Origin: an uncultured Acidobacteriota bacterium
GTDB taxonomy: Bacteria > Actinomycetota > Acidimicrobiia > Spongiisociales > ZC4RG35
DNA length: 64,000 nucleotides
NCBI GenBank assembly: GCA_963725075.1
Contig: CAVRXA010000004.1
Span: 3,578 to 67,577, forward strand
Direction of reading: 5' to 3'
Below, in pieces: positions 35,527 through 45,007 of the stretch (the stretch's first letter is position 1; each line of letters opens with the position of its first letter). The notes beneath the pieces are model-generated. The model saw only the letters and a list, made by a program, of their open reading frames with translations. It made no database searches and was not told where the DNA came from. A program made the translations under genes and the position numbers.

Positions 35527-38500
35527 ATGAGCAAAGGCCTGCGGATCACCCGTCGCTTCACCGAGGCCGGCAAGGACCCATTCGACAAACTCGAATGGTC
35601 CCGACGCGACTCGCGGATCACCAACCCGGATGGCTCGACAGTGTTCGAGATGACCGACGCGGAGATCCCGGCTGGTTGGAGTCAGGTGGCCTCGGACATC
35701 ATGGTGTCCAAGTACTTCCGCAAGGCCGGTGTCCCCCAGTTCGACGAAGACGGGAACCAGGTCTTCGACGCGAGCGGCCAGCCGTTGCTCGGACCGGAGA
35801 GGTCGGCCAAGCAGGTATTCAGCCGTCTCGCCGGCACCTGGCGGCATTGGGGCGAGAAGGAGGGCTACTTCGCGACGAGCGATGACGCCGCCGCCTTCGA
35901 GGACGAGCTCAAGTTCATGCTGGCCAACCAGATGGCCGCGCCCAACTCCCCGCAGTGGTTCAACACCGGTCTCAACTGGGCTTACGGTCTGACCGGGCCC
36001 GCCCAGGGCTTCTGGTACGTCGACAGCGTCGACGGCGAGCTCAAGGCCTCCCCCGACTCCTACAGCCGGCCCGCCCCCCACGCCTGTTTCATCCTCTCGG
36101 TGAGGGACGACCTGGTGAACCCGGGCGGGATCATGGACCTCTGGGTCCGCGAGGCTCGCATCTTCAAGTTCGGCTCGGGTGCCGGATCCAACTTCTCCCA
36201 TATCCGCGGCGAGAACGAGCGACTCTCCGGTGGCGGCAAGTCCTCCGGTGTCATGTCCTTCCTCAAGATCGGCGACCGGGCAGCCGGTGCGATCAAGAGC
36301 GGAGGCACCACGAGACGCGCAGCCAAGATGGTGATCCTCGATGTCGACCACCCCGACATCGAGAGGTTCATCGACTGGAAGAAGGTCGAAGAGGACAAGG
36401 CCAGGGTGCTGATCAACCACGGTGGCCTGCCCGCCGACTTCAACGGCGACGCCTACGCCACCGTGTCCGGTCAGAACTCGAACAACTCAGTCCGGGTCAG
36501 CAACGACTTCATCCAGACCGTCCTCGACGATGGCGACTGGGACCTGATCAACCGGACCGACGGCTCGGTCCGCAAGACGGTCAAGGCACGCGACCTGTGG
36601 GACACGATCGCCGAGGCCGCCTGGGCCTGCGCCGACCCCGGTCTCCAGTTCGACACCACAGTCAACGAGTGGCACACCTCACCGGCAGGCGGCCGGATCC
36701 GCGCTTCCAACCCTTGCTCGGAGTACATGTTCCTCGACGACACCGCATGCAACCTGGCGTCGATCAACCTGGTCAGGTTCCACGACGACGAGACCGGTGT
36801 CTTCGACCTCGAGGCGTACCAACACGCCGTCCGGCTCTGGACGATCGTCTTGGAGGTCTCGGTGGCCATGGCCCATTTCCCCTCCCCCGAGATCGCACAG
36901 GGCTCCTACGACTACCGGACCCTTGGCCTCGGCTACGCCAACCTCGGATCGCTGCTGATGCGTCAGGGCATCGCCTACGACTCCGACGAGGGCCGCGCCA
37001 TCAGCGGGGCGTTGACCGCCATCCTCACCGGGTACTCCTACGCCACCTCGGCTGAGATCGCCGGTGTGGTCGGGCCCTTCCCCCGCTATGCCGAGAACCG
37101 GGAAGCGATGCTGCGGGTGATCCGCAACCATCGCCGCGCCGCATATGGCGACAGCGACTACGAAGGGGTCAGTCACAAGGTGATGGCGATCGACCCCGAT
37201 CTGTGCCCGCCCGACTTCCTCGCCTCGGCCCGTACCTCGTGGGACCTGGCCCTGGAACTTGGAGAGCAGGACGGCTATCGCAACGCGCAATCCAGCGTGA
37301 TCGCTCCCACCGGGACCATCGGCCTCTTGATGGACTGTGATACCACCGGGGTCGAGCCCGACTTCGCCCTGGTCAAGTTCAAGAAGCTGGCCGGTGGCGG
37401 CTACTTCAAGATCGCCAATCAGTCGGTGGCGCCGTCGCTACGACACCTGGGCTACGAAGAGGACCAGATCAAGGATGTCGTCGAGTACATCGTCGGCACC
37501 AGCTCGATCGACGGGGCGCCCCACATCAACCGTGAGACGCTCATGGACAAGGGCTTCGATGACGAGGACCTCGCCAAGCTGGCGGAGGCATTGCCTGCGG
37601 TGTTCGAGCTGAAGCATGCTTTCAACGTCTTCACCTTCGGTGAGCAGACCCTGCAGCGTCTCGGCTTCGGGGTCGACGAGTACACCGGTTGGGAGTTCAA
37701 CCTGCTCAAGGCGCTCGGGTTCACCACAGCTGAGATCAGCGAGGCGAACGACCACATCTGTGGCCGGCAGACCATCGAGGGCGCACCACACATTGCCGAC
37801 GAGCATCTCGCCGTCTTCGACACCGCCAACAGGAACGGCAAGTACGGCGAGCGATTCATCCACCACTACGGCCACATCAAGATGATGGCTGCGGCCCAGC
37901 CGTTCATCTCGGGGGCGATCAGCAAGACGATCAACATGCCCCACGAGATCACCGTCGAGGACATCGAGGAGTCGTACCGGATGTCCTGGGAGTGGGGTCT
38001 GAAGGCGATGGCCCTGTACCGGGACGGGTCCAAGGCGGCCCAGCCGCTCAACTCGACCTCCGACGAGGGCGAGGACAATGAGGACGAGACGCCGGCGCTG
38101 TCCGCTGCGCTCGAAACCGAGAAGGCGATCCACTGGGGCAACCTCCCGGCCGGGATCTCACCGACCCAGGCATACCACCAGGGGATGAAGCCGCCCCGGT
38201 TCCTGCTCCCGGCCCGTCGCAACGGGTACAACCAGGAGGCGAGGATCGGCGGGCACAAGGTCTTCCTCCGCACCGGCGAGTACGACGACGGGACGCTGGG
38301 CGAGATCTTCATCGATCTGGCCAAGGAGGGGGCGACCCTGAAGGGGATCCTGTCCTGCTTCGCCATCGCCGTCTCCAAGGGTCTCCAGTACGGAGTGCCG
38401 CTCGAGGAGTTCGTCGACACCTTCACCTTCCAGACCTTCGAGCCGAGGGGCATGGTGGAGGGCCATCCCAACATCAAGATGGCCAACTCGATCGTGGACT

Positions 38501-38931
38501 ACGTGTTCCGGGCCCTCGGTGTCGAGTACCTGGAGCGGGACGAGCTGGCCCAGGTTCCACCCGACCGTGACATGCAGCTCCCCGAGCCGCCTGCTGGGAT
38601 GGCAGTCGAGGCCGGGGTCCAACTCGACCTCACCGATGCGGTAGCCGAAGACGATGTCGAGGCGGTGAAGGCGGCCGTTGCCTTCCTCGACGGACCTGCC
38701 GTTTCCTCCCCCAGGAGCGAAGCGACGTTGGGGGAGGTGGCCCAAAGGGCCGGAGGGGGTTCCAATGCGGCGACCGAGACCGTTCTCGCCGGCTCGGCAG
38801 CGATGGTCGACTCGGCCCTGAAGGAGAACATGGGCGACGCCCCGGTGTGCTCCAACTGCGGTCACATGACCATCCGCAACGGGAGTTGCTACGTGTGCCT
38901 CACCTGCGGGGACACCACCGGCTGTAGCTGA
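35527..38931 (+). CDS. nrdJ: Vitamin B12-dependent (class II) ribonucleotide reductase
   Basis: APNSPQWFNTG, HACFI, GSGAGSNFS, ASNPCSEY, TACNLAS, IAPTGTI, SGAISKTIN, C-terminal CxxC...CxxC..GCS. No intein seen. Confidence 0.97.
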   Translation: MSKGLRITRRFTEAGKDPFDKLEWSRRDSRITNPDGSTVFEMTDAEIPAGWSQVASDIMVSKYFRKAGVPQFDEDGNQVFDASGQPLLGPERSAKQVFSRLAGTWRHWGEKEGYFATSDDAAAFEDELKFMLANQMAAPNSPQWFNTGLNWAYGLTGPAQGFWYVDSVDGELKASPDSYSRPAPHACFILSVRDDLVNPGGIMDLWVREARIFKFGSGAGSNFSHIRGENERLSGGGKSSGVMSFLKIGDRAAGAIKSGGTTRRAAKMVILDVDHPDIERFIDWKKVEEDKARVLINHGGLPADFNGDAYATVSGQNSNNSVRVSNDFIQTVLDDGDWDLINRTDGSVRKTVKARDLWDTIAEAAWACADPGLQFDTTVNEWHTSPAGGRIRASNPCSEYMFLDDTACNLASINLVRFHDDETGVFDLEAYQHAVRLWTIVLEVSVAMAHFPSPEIAQGSYDYRTLGLGYANLGSLLMRQGIAYDSDEGRAISGALTAILTGYSYATSAEIAGVVGPFPRYAENREAMLRVIRNHRRAAYGDSDYEGVSHKVMAIDPDLCPPDFLASARTSWDLALELGEQDGYRNAQSSVIAPTGTIGLLMDCDTTGVEPDFALVKFKKLAGGGYFKIANQSVAPSLRHLGYEEDQIKDVVEYIVGTSSIDGAPHINRETLMDKGFDDEDLAKLAEALPAVFELKHAFNVFTFGEQTLQRLGFGVDEYTGWEFNLLKALGFTTAEISEANDHICGRQTIEGAPHIADEHLAVFDTANRNGKYGERFIHHYGHIKMMAAAQPFISGAISKTINMPHEITVEDIEESYRMSWEWGLKAMALYRDGSKAAQPLNSTSDEGEDNEDETPALSAALETEKAIHWGNLPAGISPTQAYHQGMKPPRFLLPARRNGYNQEARIGGHKVFLRTGEYDDGTLGEIFIDLAKEGATLKGILSCFAIAVSKGLQYGVPLEEFVDTFTFQTFEPRGMVEGHPNIKMANSIVDYVFRALGVEYLERDELAQVPPDRDMQLPEPPAGMAVEAGVQLDLTDAVAEDDVEAVKAAVAFLDGPAVSSPRSEATLGEVAQRAGGGSNAATETVLAGSAAMVDSALKENMGDAPVCSNCGHMTIRNGSCYVCLTCGDTTGCS

Positions 38932-38961
38932 GAGTTAGATAGCGCGCATTACGGTGCGGTC

Positions 38962-39573
38962 ATGGCAGATACGGCCCTGCCCGCACTCACGATCGTCCCG
39001 GCCAACGAGGCGAGCTGGGAGGACCTCCAGACCGTGTTCGGCACCCGTGGCGACCGGGCCAGGTGCCAGTGCTCTCGCTACAAGATGCATCCCGGGGAGT
39101 CCTGGGCTTCTGTCGGCGTCGAGGATTTGGCCTTCCGGTTTCGCTCCGACACCGACTGTGGCCACCCTGAATCGGGCACGACGAGTGGTCTCGTCGCCTA
39201 CCTCGACGGCGAGCCAGTCGGCTGGTGTGCGGTGGAGCCACGCACCGCCTACCCGCGCCTGCTTCTCAAGACCCGTGTCCCCTGGGACGGCCGAGCCGAA
39301 GACAAGAACGACGAGGGCGTGTGGGCCGTGACCTGCTTCGTCAGCCGAGCGGGTTTCCGTCGCCGTGGGATCAGCCGCGCCCTCGCGCTGGCGACAGTCG
39401 ACTACGCCCGTCAACGGGGCGCACGCGCTCTCGAGGCCTATCCGATGATCACCGCTCGTGGCGCGCTCGACGTGGAGCTCCATGTCGGTCTCCGCAGCAT
39501 GTTCGCCGACGCGGGCCTCACGGAGGTCAGCCGACCCACCGTCCGCAGAGTCGTCATGCGGATCGACTTCTAG
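38962..39573 (+). CDS. GNAT family N-acetyltransferase
   Basis: GLVAYLDGEPVGWCAV.PR, WAVTCF, GFRRRG, LEAYP. Confidence 0.88.
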   Translation: MADTALPALTIVPANEASWEDLQTVFGTRGDRARCQCSRYKMHPGESWASVGVEDLAFRFRSDTDCGHPESGTTSGLVAYLDGEPVGWCAVEPRTAYPRLLLKTRVPWDGRAEDKNDEGVWAVTCFVSRAGFRRRGISRALALATVDYARQRGARALEAYPMITARGALDVELHVGLRSMFADAGLTEVSRPTVRRVVMRIDF

Positions 39574-39575
39574 AC

Positions 39576-40332
39576 GTGGCCGTCGGCGATCACAATCCCG
39601 ATCCTCCCCTGCGCCGATCTGGACGATTCCATCTCCTTCTACGAGGCGCTCGGATTCAACCGGACATACCGTCAGCAGCGCCCCAATCCCTACGCCGTTG
39701 TCGAGTTGGGCGAGATTCGGATTCATCTCTTCGGGCTCGACGATTTCGACCCGGAAACGTCGTATGGCAGCGTCATCATCGCGGTGGCGGATCCGGACAC
39801 TCTCTATCAAGACTTCGCGTCCGGGTTGCGAGAACGCTTCGGAAAGCTCCCTTCATCGGGCATCCCTCGCATCCTCAGACCGAGAAAGAGACACGGGACT
39901 GTGCGGGGATTCAGCGTGGTCGATCCGGGTGGGAACTGGCTGCGCGTGTCGAAGCTCGGTGACGAAGAGGAGACCCAAGTCCTCAGCGCCGGTCTTGCAC
40001 GGGTGATCGAGAACGCGGCGCGACTCGGAGACGCAAAGGGCGACGACCAGGAAGCCATGAGGTTGCTCGAGAGCGGACTGAAACGATTCTCCGACGCGCC
40101 TCCGATCGAACGGGCGAGAGCTCTCCTGTATCTGGCCGAGCTCTACACCAGGGTCGGAGATGAGCCGGCTGCCCTCGAATCGTTGACCTCGGCGTTATCG
40201 ATCGAGCTGTCGGTCGAAGACAGTCGAGTCGATCAAAGCCGAGGCCGAACACGCCCGCGAAGTCCTCGGCTCGAAGTCTCGATGACGTCGACAAGAGCGA
40301 TGGGTAGCTTGCAGTTGATCAAGAAGGGGTGA
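39576..40332 (+). CDS. VOC/bleomycin-resistance family protein with helical C-terminus; probable frameshifts at ~39585 and ~40228
   Basis: ITIPILPC.DL...FYEALGF in frame with the 39706 ORF, VVDPGGNWLR. The GTG at 39576 is out of frame by 1. Confidence 0.7.
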
Positions 40333-40336
40333 AGCG

Positions 40337-40571
40337 GTGGCGTCGACAAGACTTCGTGACCCTGCGACAGGGCGATTCATCAGTGCCGAAGCCGCGGCTC
40401 GCCTGTCGGTTCCGGCAGCGCCGCCTGTCGTGACCGAACCGCGCTCCTGCCACCAAGAAGGACAAGAAGAAGCAAGAGAAACAGCAGGACAAGAAGAAGT
40501 CGAAAAACAAGAAGTCCAAGAAGAACTCGGGCAAGAAGAAGAAAAAGAAGAAGTCCAAGAAGAAGGGCTGA
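40337..40571 (+). CDS. Small Lys-rich basic protein; frameshift at ~40441
   Basis: MASTRLRDPATGRFIS..., then the +1 frame reads PATKKDKKKQEKQQDKKKSKNKKSKKNSGKKKKKKKSKKKG* (stop 40569-40571). Confidence 0.6.
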
Positions 40572-40621
40572 GCCGCCGCTCAAGCCTAGAGCGAGGGACA
40601 TCACCGCCCCAGCAGGATGAG

Positions 40622-40960
40622 CTATCCGTCCTGCGTCGACGATTCATCCCGGAGCTTGTCGGCCTGCTCGACGCCGACTCGATAGCCGGCCAGGTAGACG
40701 CCAAGCCCTCGTCGCCCGTGACGCATCATCACAGCGTGATTCCACTTGAAGAACGGTCGGGCCACCACCGCCAGCCGTCGCAGTGATTCCTTCCTGGCGA
40801 TGACTTCTTCCTCGAACGTCGCAATAGTGCCGGCGTGCTCGGGTTCGATAGTCCAGACGCGAGAACCCCTCCAGGTCACCACGCATGGCGATCTCGAGGA
40901 CTCCGGCCTGTTCGTCCTGTCGGGAGTCGGTCGCCTGAAAGGTGAGGCTGTACTCGCGAC
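40622..40960 (-). pseudogene. 5'-truncated SRPBCC/polyketide-cyclase-like gene remnant
   Basis: YSLTFQAT.SRQDEQAGVLEIAMRGDLEGFSR + WTIEP..TIATFEEEV..RKESLRRLAVVARPFFKWNHAVMM across a frameshift at ~40857; no start before the neighbouring stop at 40961. Confidence 0.55.
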
Positions 40961-41899
40961 TCAGAGCCCGTCTCTGAATCCAACCCGCCATGTCGGGTAC
41001 TCCAGCTTCCAGCCCAGTTCCCGCTTCGCCTTGGCGTTCGAAGAGCCACGGATCTTGGTCATCATCGACACGGCTGCCTCGCCCACGATGAGCCTGGCCA
41101 GCCAGGCCGGGACCCGGCGCGGGGGCCTGGCCCCGAGGACATCGGCCAGATAAGGCAACCATTCGGACACGGCCGCCGGCTCATCGTCCACGATGTTGTA
41201 GATCCCGGGGGCGCCCCTGTCCACTGCAAGGGCGGTCGCCTGGGCGGCATCGTCGATGTGGAGGAATGACCAGATGCCGGATCCGCCGCCAACGATCGGC
41301 ATCTGCCGTTTGACCACAGCCTCCACCATCATCCCGCCCTTGCCAAGGGCGTTGCCCGGGCCATAGAAGCCGCCGTAGCGCAACGCCATACCCTCGATCG
41401 CGGGAGTGCCGGTGGTGACGGCTTCCAGATGGAGGATTGCCCCGAGCGTCTCGCGCGCCTGCTTCGGAGGGTCGGTGTTGAGTGGGTCCTCTTCGGTCTT
41501 CACCGATCCTCCACTCTGCTCGTTGGGCCAACCGGCGAAGCTCTGAGCGACGAAGCGCCGGGCTCCGGCTTCGACCGCGGCCGCGAGCAGATGATCGGTC
41601 GTCTCGGTGCGGAGCCGGTTGGTCTCGGCGAAGCTGTCGGCGAAATGTCGGAGGTCGAGATCGCCCGACAACGCGGTCATCTGGTGGACGACTACCTCTG
41701 GCTCAGCGTCGAGGACCGCCCGTCGCACCGCCTCACCGTCCCTGCCGTCGAGCACGACCGGGGCGGCGCCATCAAGCCGCAGACCGTCGGTCTTGGACGG
41801 GGTCCTGGTCGTGCCAATCACCTCGTGACCGGCATCGATCAACAACGGCACCAGACGTTGCCCGATGGCTCCGGTGGCGCCGGCTACGAAGACTCTCAT
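40961..41899 (-). CDS. NAD(P)-dependent oxidoreductase (extended SDR / epimerase family)
   Basis: VAGATGAIG, VVHQMT, LRYGGFYGPG, SFLHIDDAA, YNIVDDEP. Confidence 0.92.
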   Translation of the reverse strand: MRVFVAGATGAIGQRLVPLLIDAGHEVIGTTRTPSKTDGLRLDGAAPVVLDGRDGEAVRRAVLDAEPEVVVHQMTALSGDLDLRHFADSFAETNRLRTETTDHLLAAAVEAGARRFVAQSFAGWPNEQSGGSVKTEEDPLNTDPPKQARETLGAILHLEAVTTGTPAIEGMALRYGGFYGPGNALGKGGMMVEAVVKRQMPIVGGGSGIWSFLHIDDAAQATALAVDRGAPGIYNIVDDEPAAVSEWLPYLADVLGARPPRRVPAWLARLIVGEAAVSMMTKIRGSSNAKAKRELGWKLEYPTWRVGFRDGL

Positions 41900-41926
41900 G
41901 TCGTCTCCTTTCGTCTTCCTACCCAG

Positions 41927-41953
41927 GACGAGATGGAGACGGTTTCTGTGACA
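41927..41953 (-). promoter_or_regulatory. ECF41 (SigJ)-type promoter driving the oxidoreductase
   Basis: Minus strand TGTCACA-N16-CGTC. Confidence 0.85.
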
Positions 41954-41965
41954 GCATCACCTGCC

Positions 41966-41992
41966 TGTCACAATTGAAGGGACAAACTCGTC
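41966..41992 (+). promoter_or_regulatory. ECF41 (SigJ)-type promoter driving sigJ itself
   Basis: Plus strand TGTCACA-N16-CGTC, 8 nt before the ATG at 42001. Confidence 0.85.
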
Positions 41993-42000
41993 CCAGGGAT

Positions 42001-42903
42001 ATGCCAAACCTTCCCAACCCGAGGACCAACGAAACCGACGTCTCGCTTCGCCCATTGCTCTTCTCCATCGCCTACCGGATGACCGGAAGCGTCACCGATG
42101 CAGAGGACCTGGTCCAGGAGACATATGTCCGGGTGAATGCGGCAGAGCGAGAAGGCACCCAGATCGAGTCGCGGCGGGCGTTCTCCTGTGCGGTCGTGAC
42201 CCGGCTCTCGATCGACTACCTGCGCTCCGCCCGGGTACGGCGTGAGCAGTACGTCGGCGAGTGGCTGCCCGAGCCCATCGTGACCGATCCTGTCCTCGAT
42301 CCACAGGAGCATGCCGAGCTCTCCGACAGCCTCTCCATGGCTTTCCTGGTCCTCCTCGAGAGGCTCACTCCGCCCGAGCGAGCGGTACTCCTGCTGCGCG
42401 ATGTGTTCGGATTTGGGTTCGACGAAGTCGCCGAGCTGATCGACAAGTCCGAGGCGGCTTGCAGGCAACTGGCGGTGCGGGCCCGGGAGAAGGTCCAGGA
42501 GGGCAAGCCCCGGTTCGAGACCTCGGTCGAGAAGCGGTGGGCGCTCGCCGAGAGGTTCTTCGCCGCGGTCCAAAATGGAGACACCGACGCCCTGGTCGAC
42601 ATGCTCGCCGAGGACGTTGTCCTCTATGGCGACGGTGGTGGCAAGGCGCCGGCTCGAAGAGAGCCCCTCCGTGGCTTGTTCGAAACGGCCCGATTCCTCG
42701 CGACGTTCAGCCCACGGGCCGATCGTGAGGGCTGGACGTTGACACTGGTCGATGTCAACGGGCAGCCGGGCGCACTGGTCAACAGCGGCGACGGGGCCAC
42801 CGTGGCGGTGGTGTCTCTCGATGTCGCCATGGGCAAGGTGCAGGCTGTGCGAGCGGTGGTCAACCCGGACAAGCTGGGTCATCTCACCGGGTTCGGGCAT
42901 TAA
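42001..42903 (+). CDS. sigJ: ECF41 family RNA polymerase sigma factor with SnoaL-like C-terminal extension
   Basis: LFSIAYRMTGS..DAEDLVQE, WLPEP, LERLTPPERA, DGGG, NPDKL. Confidence 0.92.
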   Translation: MPNLPNPRTNETDVSLRPLLFSIAYRMTGSVTDAEDLVQETYVRVNAAEREGTQIESRRAFSCAVVTRLSIDYLRSARVRREQYVGEWLPEPIVTDPVLDPQEHAELSDSLSMAFLVLLERLTPPERAVLLLRDVFGFGFDEVAELIDKSEAACRQLAVRAREKVQEGKPRFETSVEKRWALAERFFAAVQNGDTDALVDMLAEDVVLYGDGGGKAPARREPLRGLFETARFLATFSPRADREGWTLTLVDVNGQPGALVNSGDGATVAVVSLDVAMGKVQAVRAVVNPDKLGHLTGFGH

Positions 42904-42913
42904 CTTCAGGTGC

Positions 42914-43336
42914 ATGGACATAGTCGATCAGCATTTCGCCGCCGAGAACGCCCATGACGTCGCCGCCACCCTGGCCACCTACACCGACGACATCGTGTGG
43001 GATGACGTCACCCACCCACTGAGCCCGGTCCACGGGAAGGAGGCGGTCGGCGCGGTCTACTCGGACATCATCGCCGCCATCCCCGATGTGAATTTCGTGT
43101 CCACCCGTCGCTTTTCCTCCGAAGACGGGAGCTGGGTTGTCGACGTGTCCGATGTCACCGGTCATGTCGAGGGCGAGTGGGCCGGTATCGCCGGCGGCGG
43201 GGCCCCGGTCGAGCTCAGGATCCTCCACCTGTTCGAACTGCGTGACGGGCTCATCGCCTACGAGAACACCTGGTTCGACTCGGCCGCTGTGCTTCGGCAG
43301 GTCGAGGCTTGGAAAGCCGGCCAGAACCAGTCGTAG
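42914..43336 (+). CDS. SnoaL-like ester cyclase / NTF2 family protein
   Basis: HFAAENAHD, YTDD.VWDD, HLFELRDGLI..E..WFD. Confidence 0.85.
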   Translation: MDIVDQHFAAENAHDVAATLATYTDDIVWDDVTHPLSPVHGKEAVGAVYSDIIAAIPDVNFVSTRRFSSEDGSWVVDVSDVTGHVEGEWAGIAGGGAPVELRILHLFELRDGLIAYENTWFDSAAVLRQVEAWKAGQNQS

Positions 43337-43345
43337 AGTCGACAG

Positions 43346-44602
43346 GTGACGATCCGGCTCGGCCGAGCCCTTCTTGCACCGATCTTCCTTCTCGCCGCGT
43401 GCACGACCACGGCGGAACCCGATCGAAACACCCTTCCCGACGCCCGAACTATCGCCACGGACGTCTCGGTTGTCGAAATTGCATCCCCGGGCCGGCTCCT
43501 CATACTCGGGTCCGAGAACGAGATCACGACGAAGCGGCCTGATGGATCCGACCCGCTGACCCTGGCCGAGCCCGATCCGGACATCGAGCGCACCCAGCCG
43601 ACCTGGTCACCGGACGGATCCAAGGTGGCGTGGACCGAACGAAGGGCAGACCAGGAGACCTATCTGCTGGTAGCCGACAGCGACGGCGGCAACGTGATCG
43701 AATGGCCTTCGCCGCTTCTCGCTGTGTACATCGCCTGGGGCCCTGACGGCGAGCATCTGGCGTTGACCGGGAGCCAGGACATGGGAGACCTCCTCCTCGC
43801 CATCGCCGGGCCTGATGGAGAAATCCAGGTGATCGATCAGGGAGCACCTGTGTACTTCGATTGGGCCCCAGACGGCACGGAGCTGCTCGCCCGGGTTTCG
43901 GGGCGCTTCGAATATCTGGCCATCGACGGCTCGAGCCGGGAGACAGTCCCGGCCACCGGGGAATTCAGGCTCGGGGCCCACGTGGCCGAGTCTGTGCTTC
44001 TAGGGAACGGGCGTGACGTCGGTGAGGCCCTGGCCCTGGCAAACCGCGAGGGCGAGATCGAGCGAGAGCTGCTGCGCTATGCCGCTCCGATGGCCTTCGT
44101 CGCCGACCGGACGGGCAGCCGGGTGGCCGTGATGTCGCGGGACTCGCCCGAGAGTCAGGCGCTCTCCCGGATCGAAGAGACCGACCTGCCGATCATCGAC
44201 GCGGAGCGACTGGTTGTGGTCTCGACCTCGGACGGCGACCTCGAGGAAGTGAGCCGGGCCCGCAACATCGCCTGGTTCTGGAGCCCGGACGGCCGAGATC
44301 TCCTCTACAGCACGGTCGGGGCCGCCGATGGCTTCGAGCGTTTGCAATGGCACATTTGGGATGGTGACGAGACCAAGTCCTACCGCTCCTTCAGTCCCAC
44401 CGGGCTATTTGGCCGGGACTACCTCGCCTACTTCGACCAGTTCGCCCTCAGCATCTCGCTCTGGGCGCCGGACGGCTCCGCCTTCGCTTACGCCGGAGGG
44501 AGCAGCCTCGAGGACGCGGGGATCTGGGTGCAGAATGTCGAGGGCGGTGACCCGGTTCGCGTCTCCCCGGGCGAGGTCGCGCTGTGGTCCCCCGCTGCCT
44601 GA
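43346..44602 (+). CDS. Lipoprotein with TolB/WD40-like beta-propeller repeats
   Basis: Lipobox LAAC; repeats PTWSPDG, AWGPDG, DWAPDG, WSPDG, WAPDG. Confidence 0.8.
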   Translation: MTIRLGRALLAPIFLLAACTTTAEPDRNTLPDARTIATDVSVVEIASPGRLLILGSENEITTKRPDGSDPLTLAEPDPDIERTQPTWSPDGSKVAWTERRADQETYLLVADSDGGNVIEWPSPLLAVYIAWGPDGEHLALTGSQDMGDLLLAIAGPDGEIQVIDQGAPVYFDWAPDGTELLARVSGRFEYLAIDGSSRETVPATGEFRLGAHVAESVLLGNGRDVGEALALANREGEIERELLRYAAPMAFVADRTGSRVAVMSRDSPESQALSRIEETDLPIIDAERLVVVSTSDGDLEEVSRARNIAWFWSPDGRDLLYSTVGAADGFERLQWHIWDGDETKSYRSFSPTGLFGRDYLAYFDQFALSISLWAPDGSAFAYAGGSSLEDAGIWVQNVEGGDPVRVSPGEVALWSPAA

Positions 44603-44623
44603 TCCCGCCATAGACTCCGGCCG

Positions 44624-45007
44624 ATGCCACGACTCGATGCAATCGGCGTCATCGTCTCCGACATGGCGCGCGCCATCGATTTCTACCGCTTGGTGGGTCT
44701 CGAGTTCGAGGGCGACGACGTCCACGCCGAGGCGGCAGGACCGGGCGGTCTTCGGGTCATGCTCGACAGCGAGGCCAGCGTCATGTCGTTCTCTGACTGG
44801 CAGCGGCCAACGGGAGGTGGCCCGCGCACCGCTCTAGCCTTCCTCTGCGACAGCCCGGCCGACGTGGACCGGCTCTACGCGGACCTGGTCGCAGCCGGGG
44901 GCCGCGGTCATCTGCCTCCATTCGATGCACCGTGGGGACAGCGTTATGCCACGGTGCACGACCACGATGGCAATGCTGTCGATCTGTTCGCCCCTATGGA
45001 GCTTTGA
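44624..45007 (+). CDS. VOC / glyoxalase family protein
   Basis: IVSDMARAIDFY, PFDAPWGQRYA...DHDGNAVDL. Confidence 0.88.
   Translation: MPRLDAIGVIVSDMARAIDFYRLVGLEFEGDDVHAEAAGPGGLRVMLDSEASVMSFSDWQRPTGGGPRTALAFLCDSPADVDRLYADLVAAGGRGHLPPFDAPWGQRYATVHDHDGNAVDLFAPMEL

Noticed and set aside
35431-38865. Long antisense and alternate-frame ORFs (e.g. 35431-36420 -, 35955-37055 +, 8818-9864 -, 25979-26998 -, 47460-48512 -)
   Set aside because: These are shadow ORFs expected in high-GC DNA opposite or overlapping well-supported genes; they have no recognisable motifs.
35527-38931. Intein or intron in nrdJ
   Set aside because: The frame is continuous with expected motif spacing, and there are no intein splice motifs or LAGLIDADG blocks.
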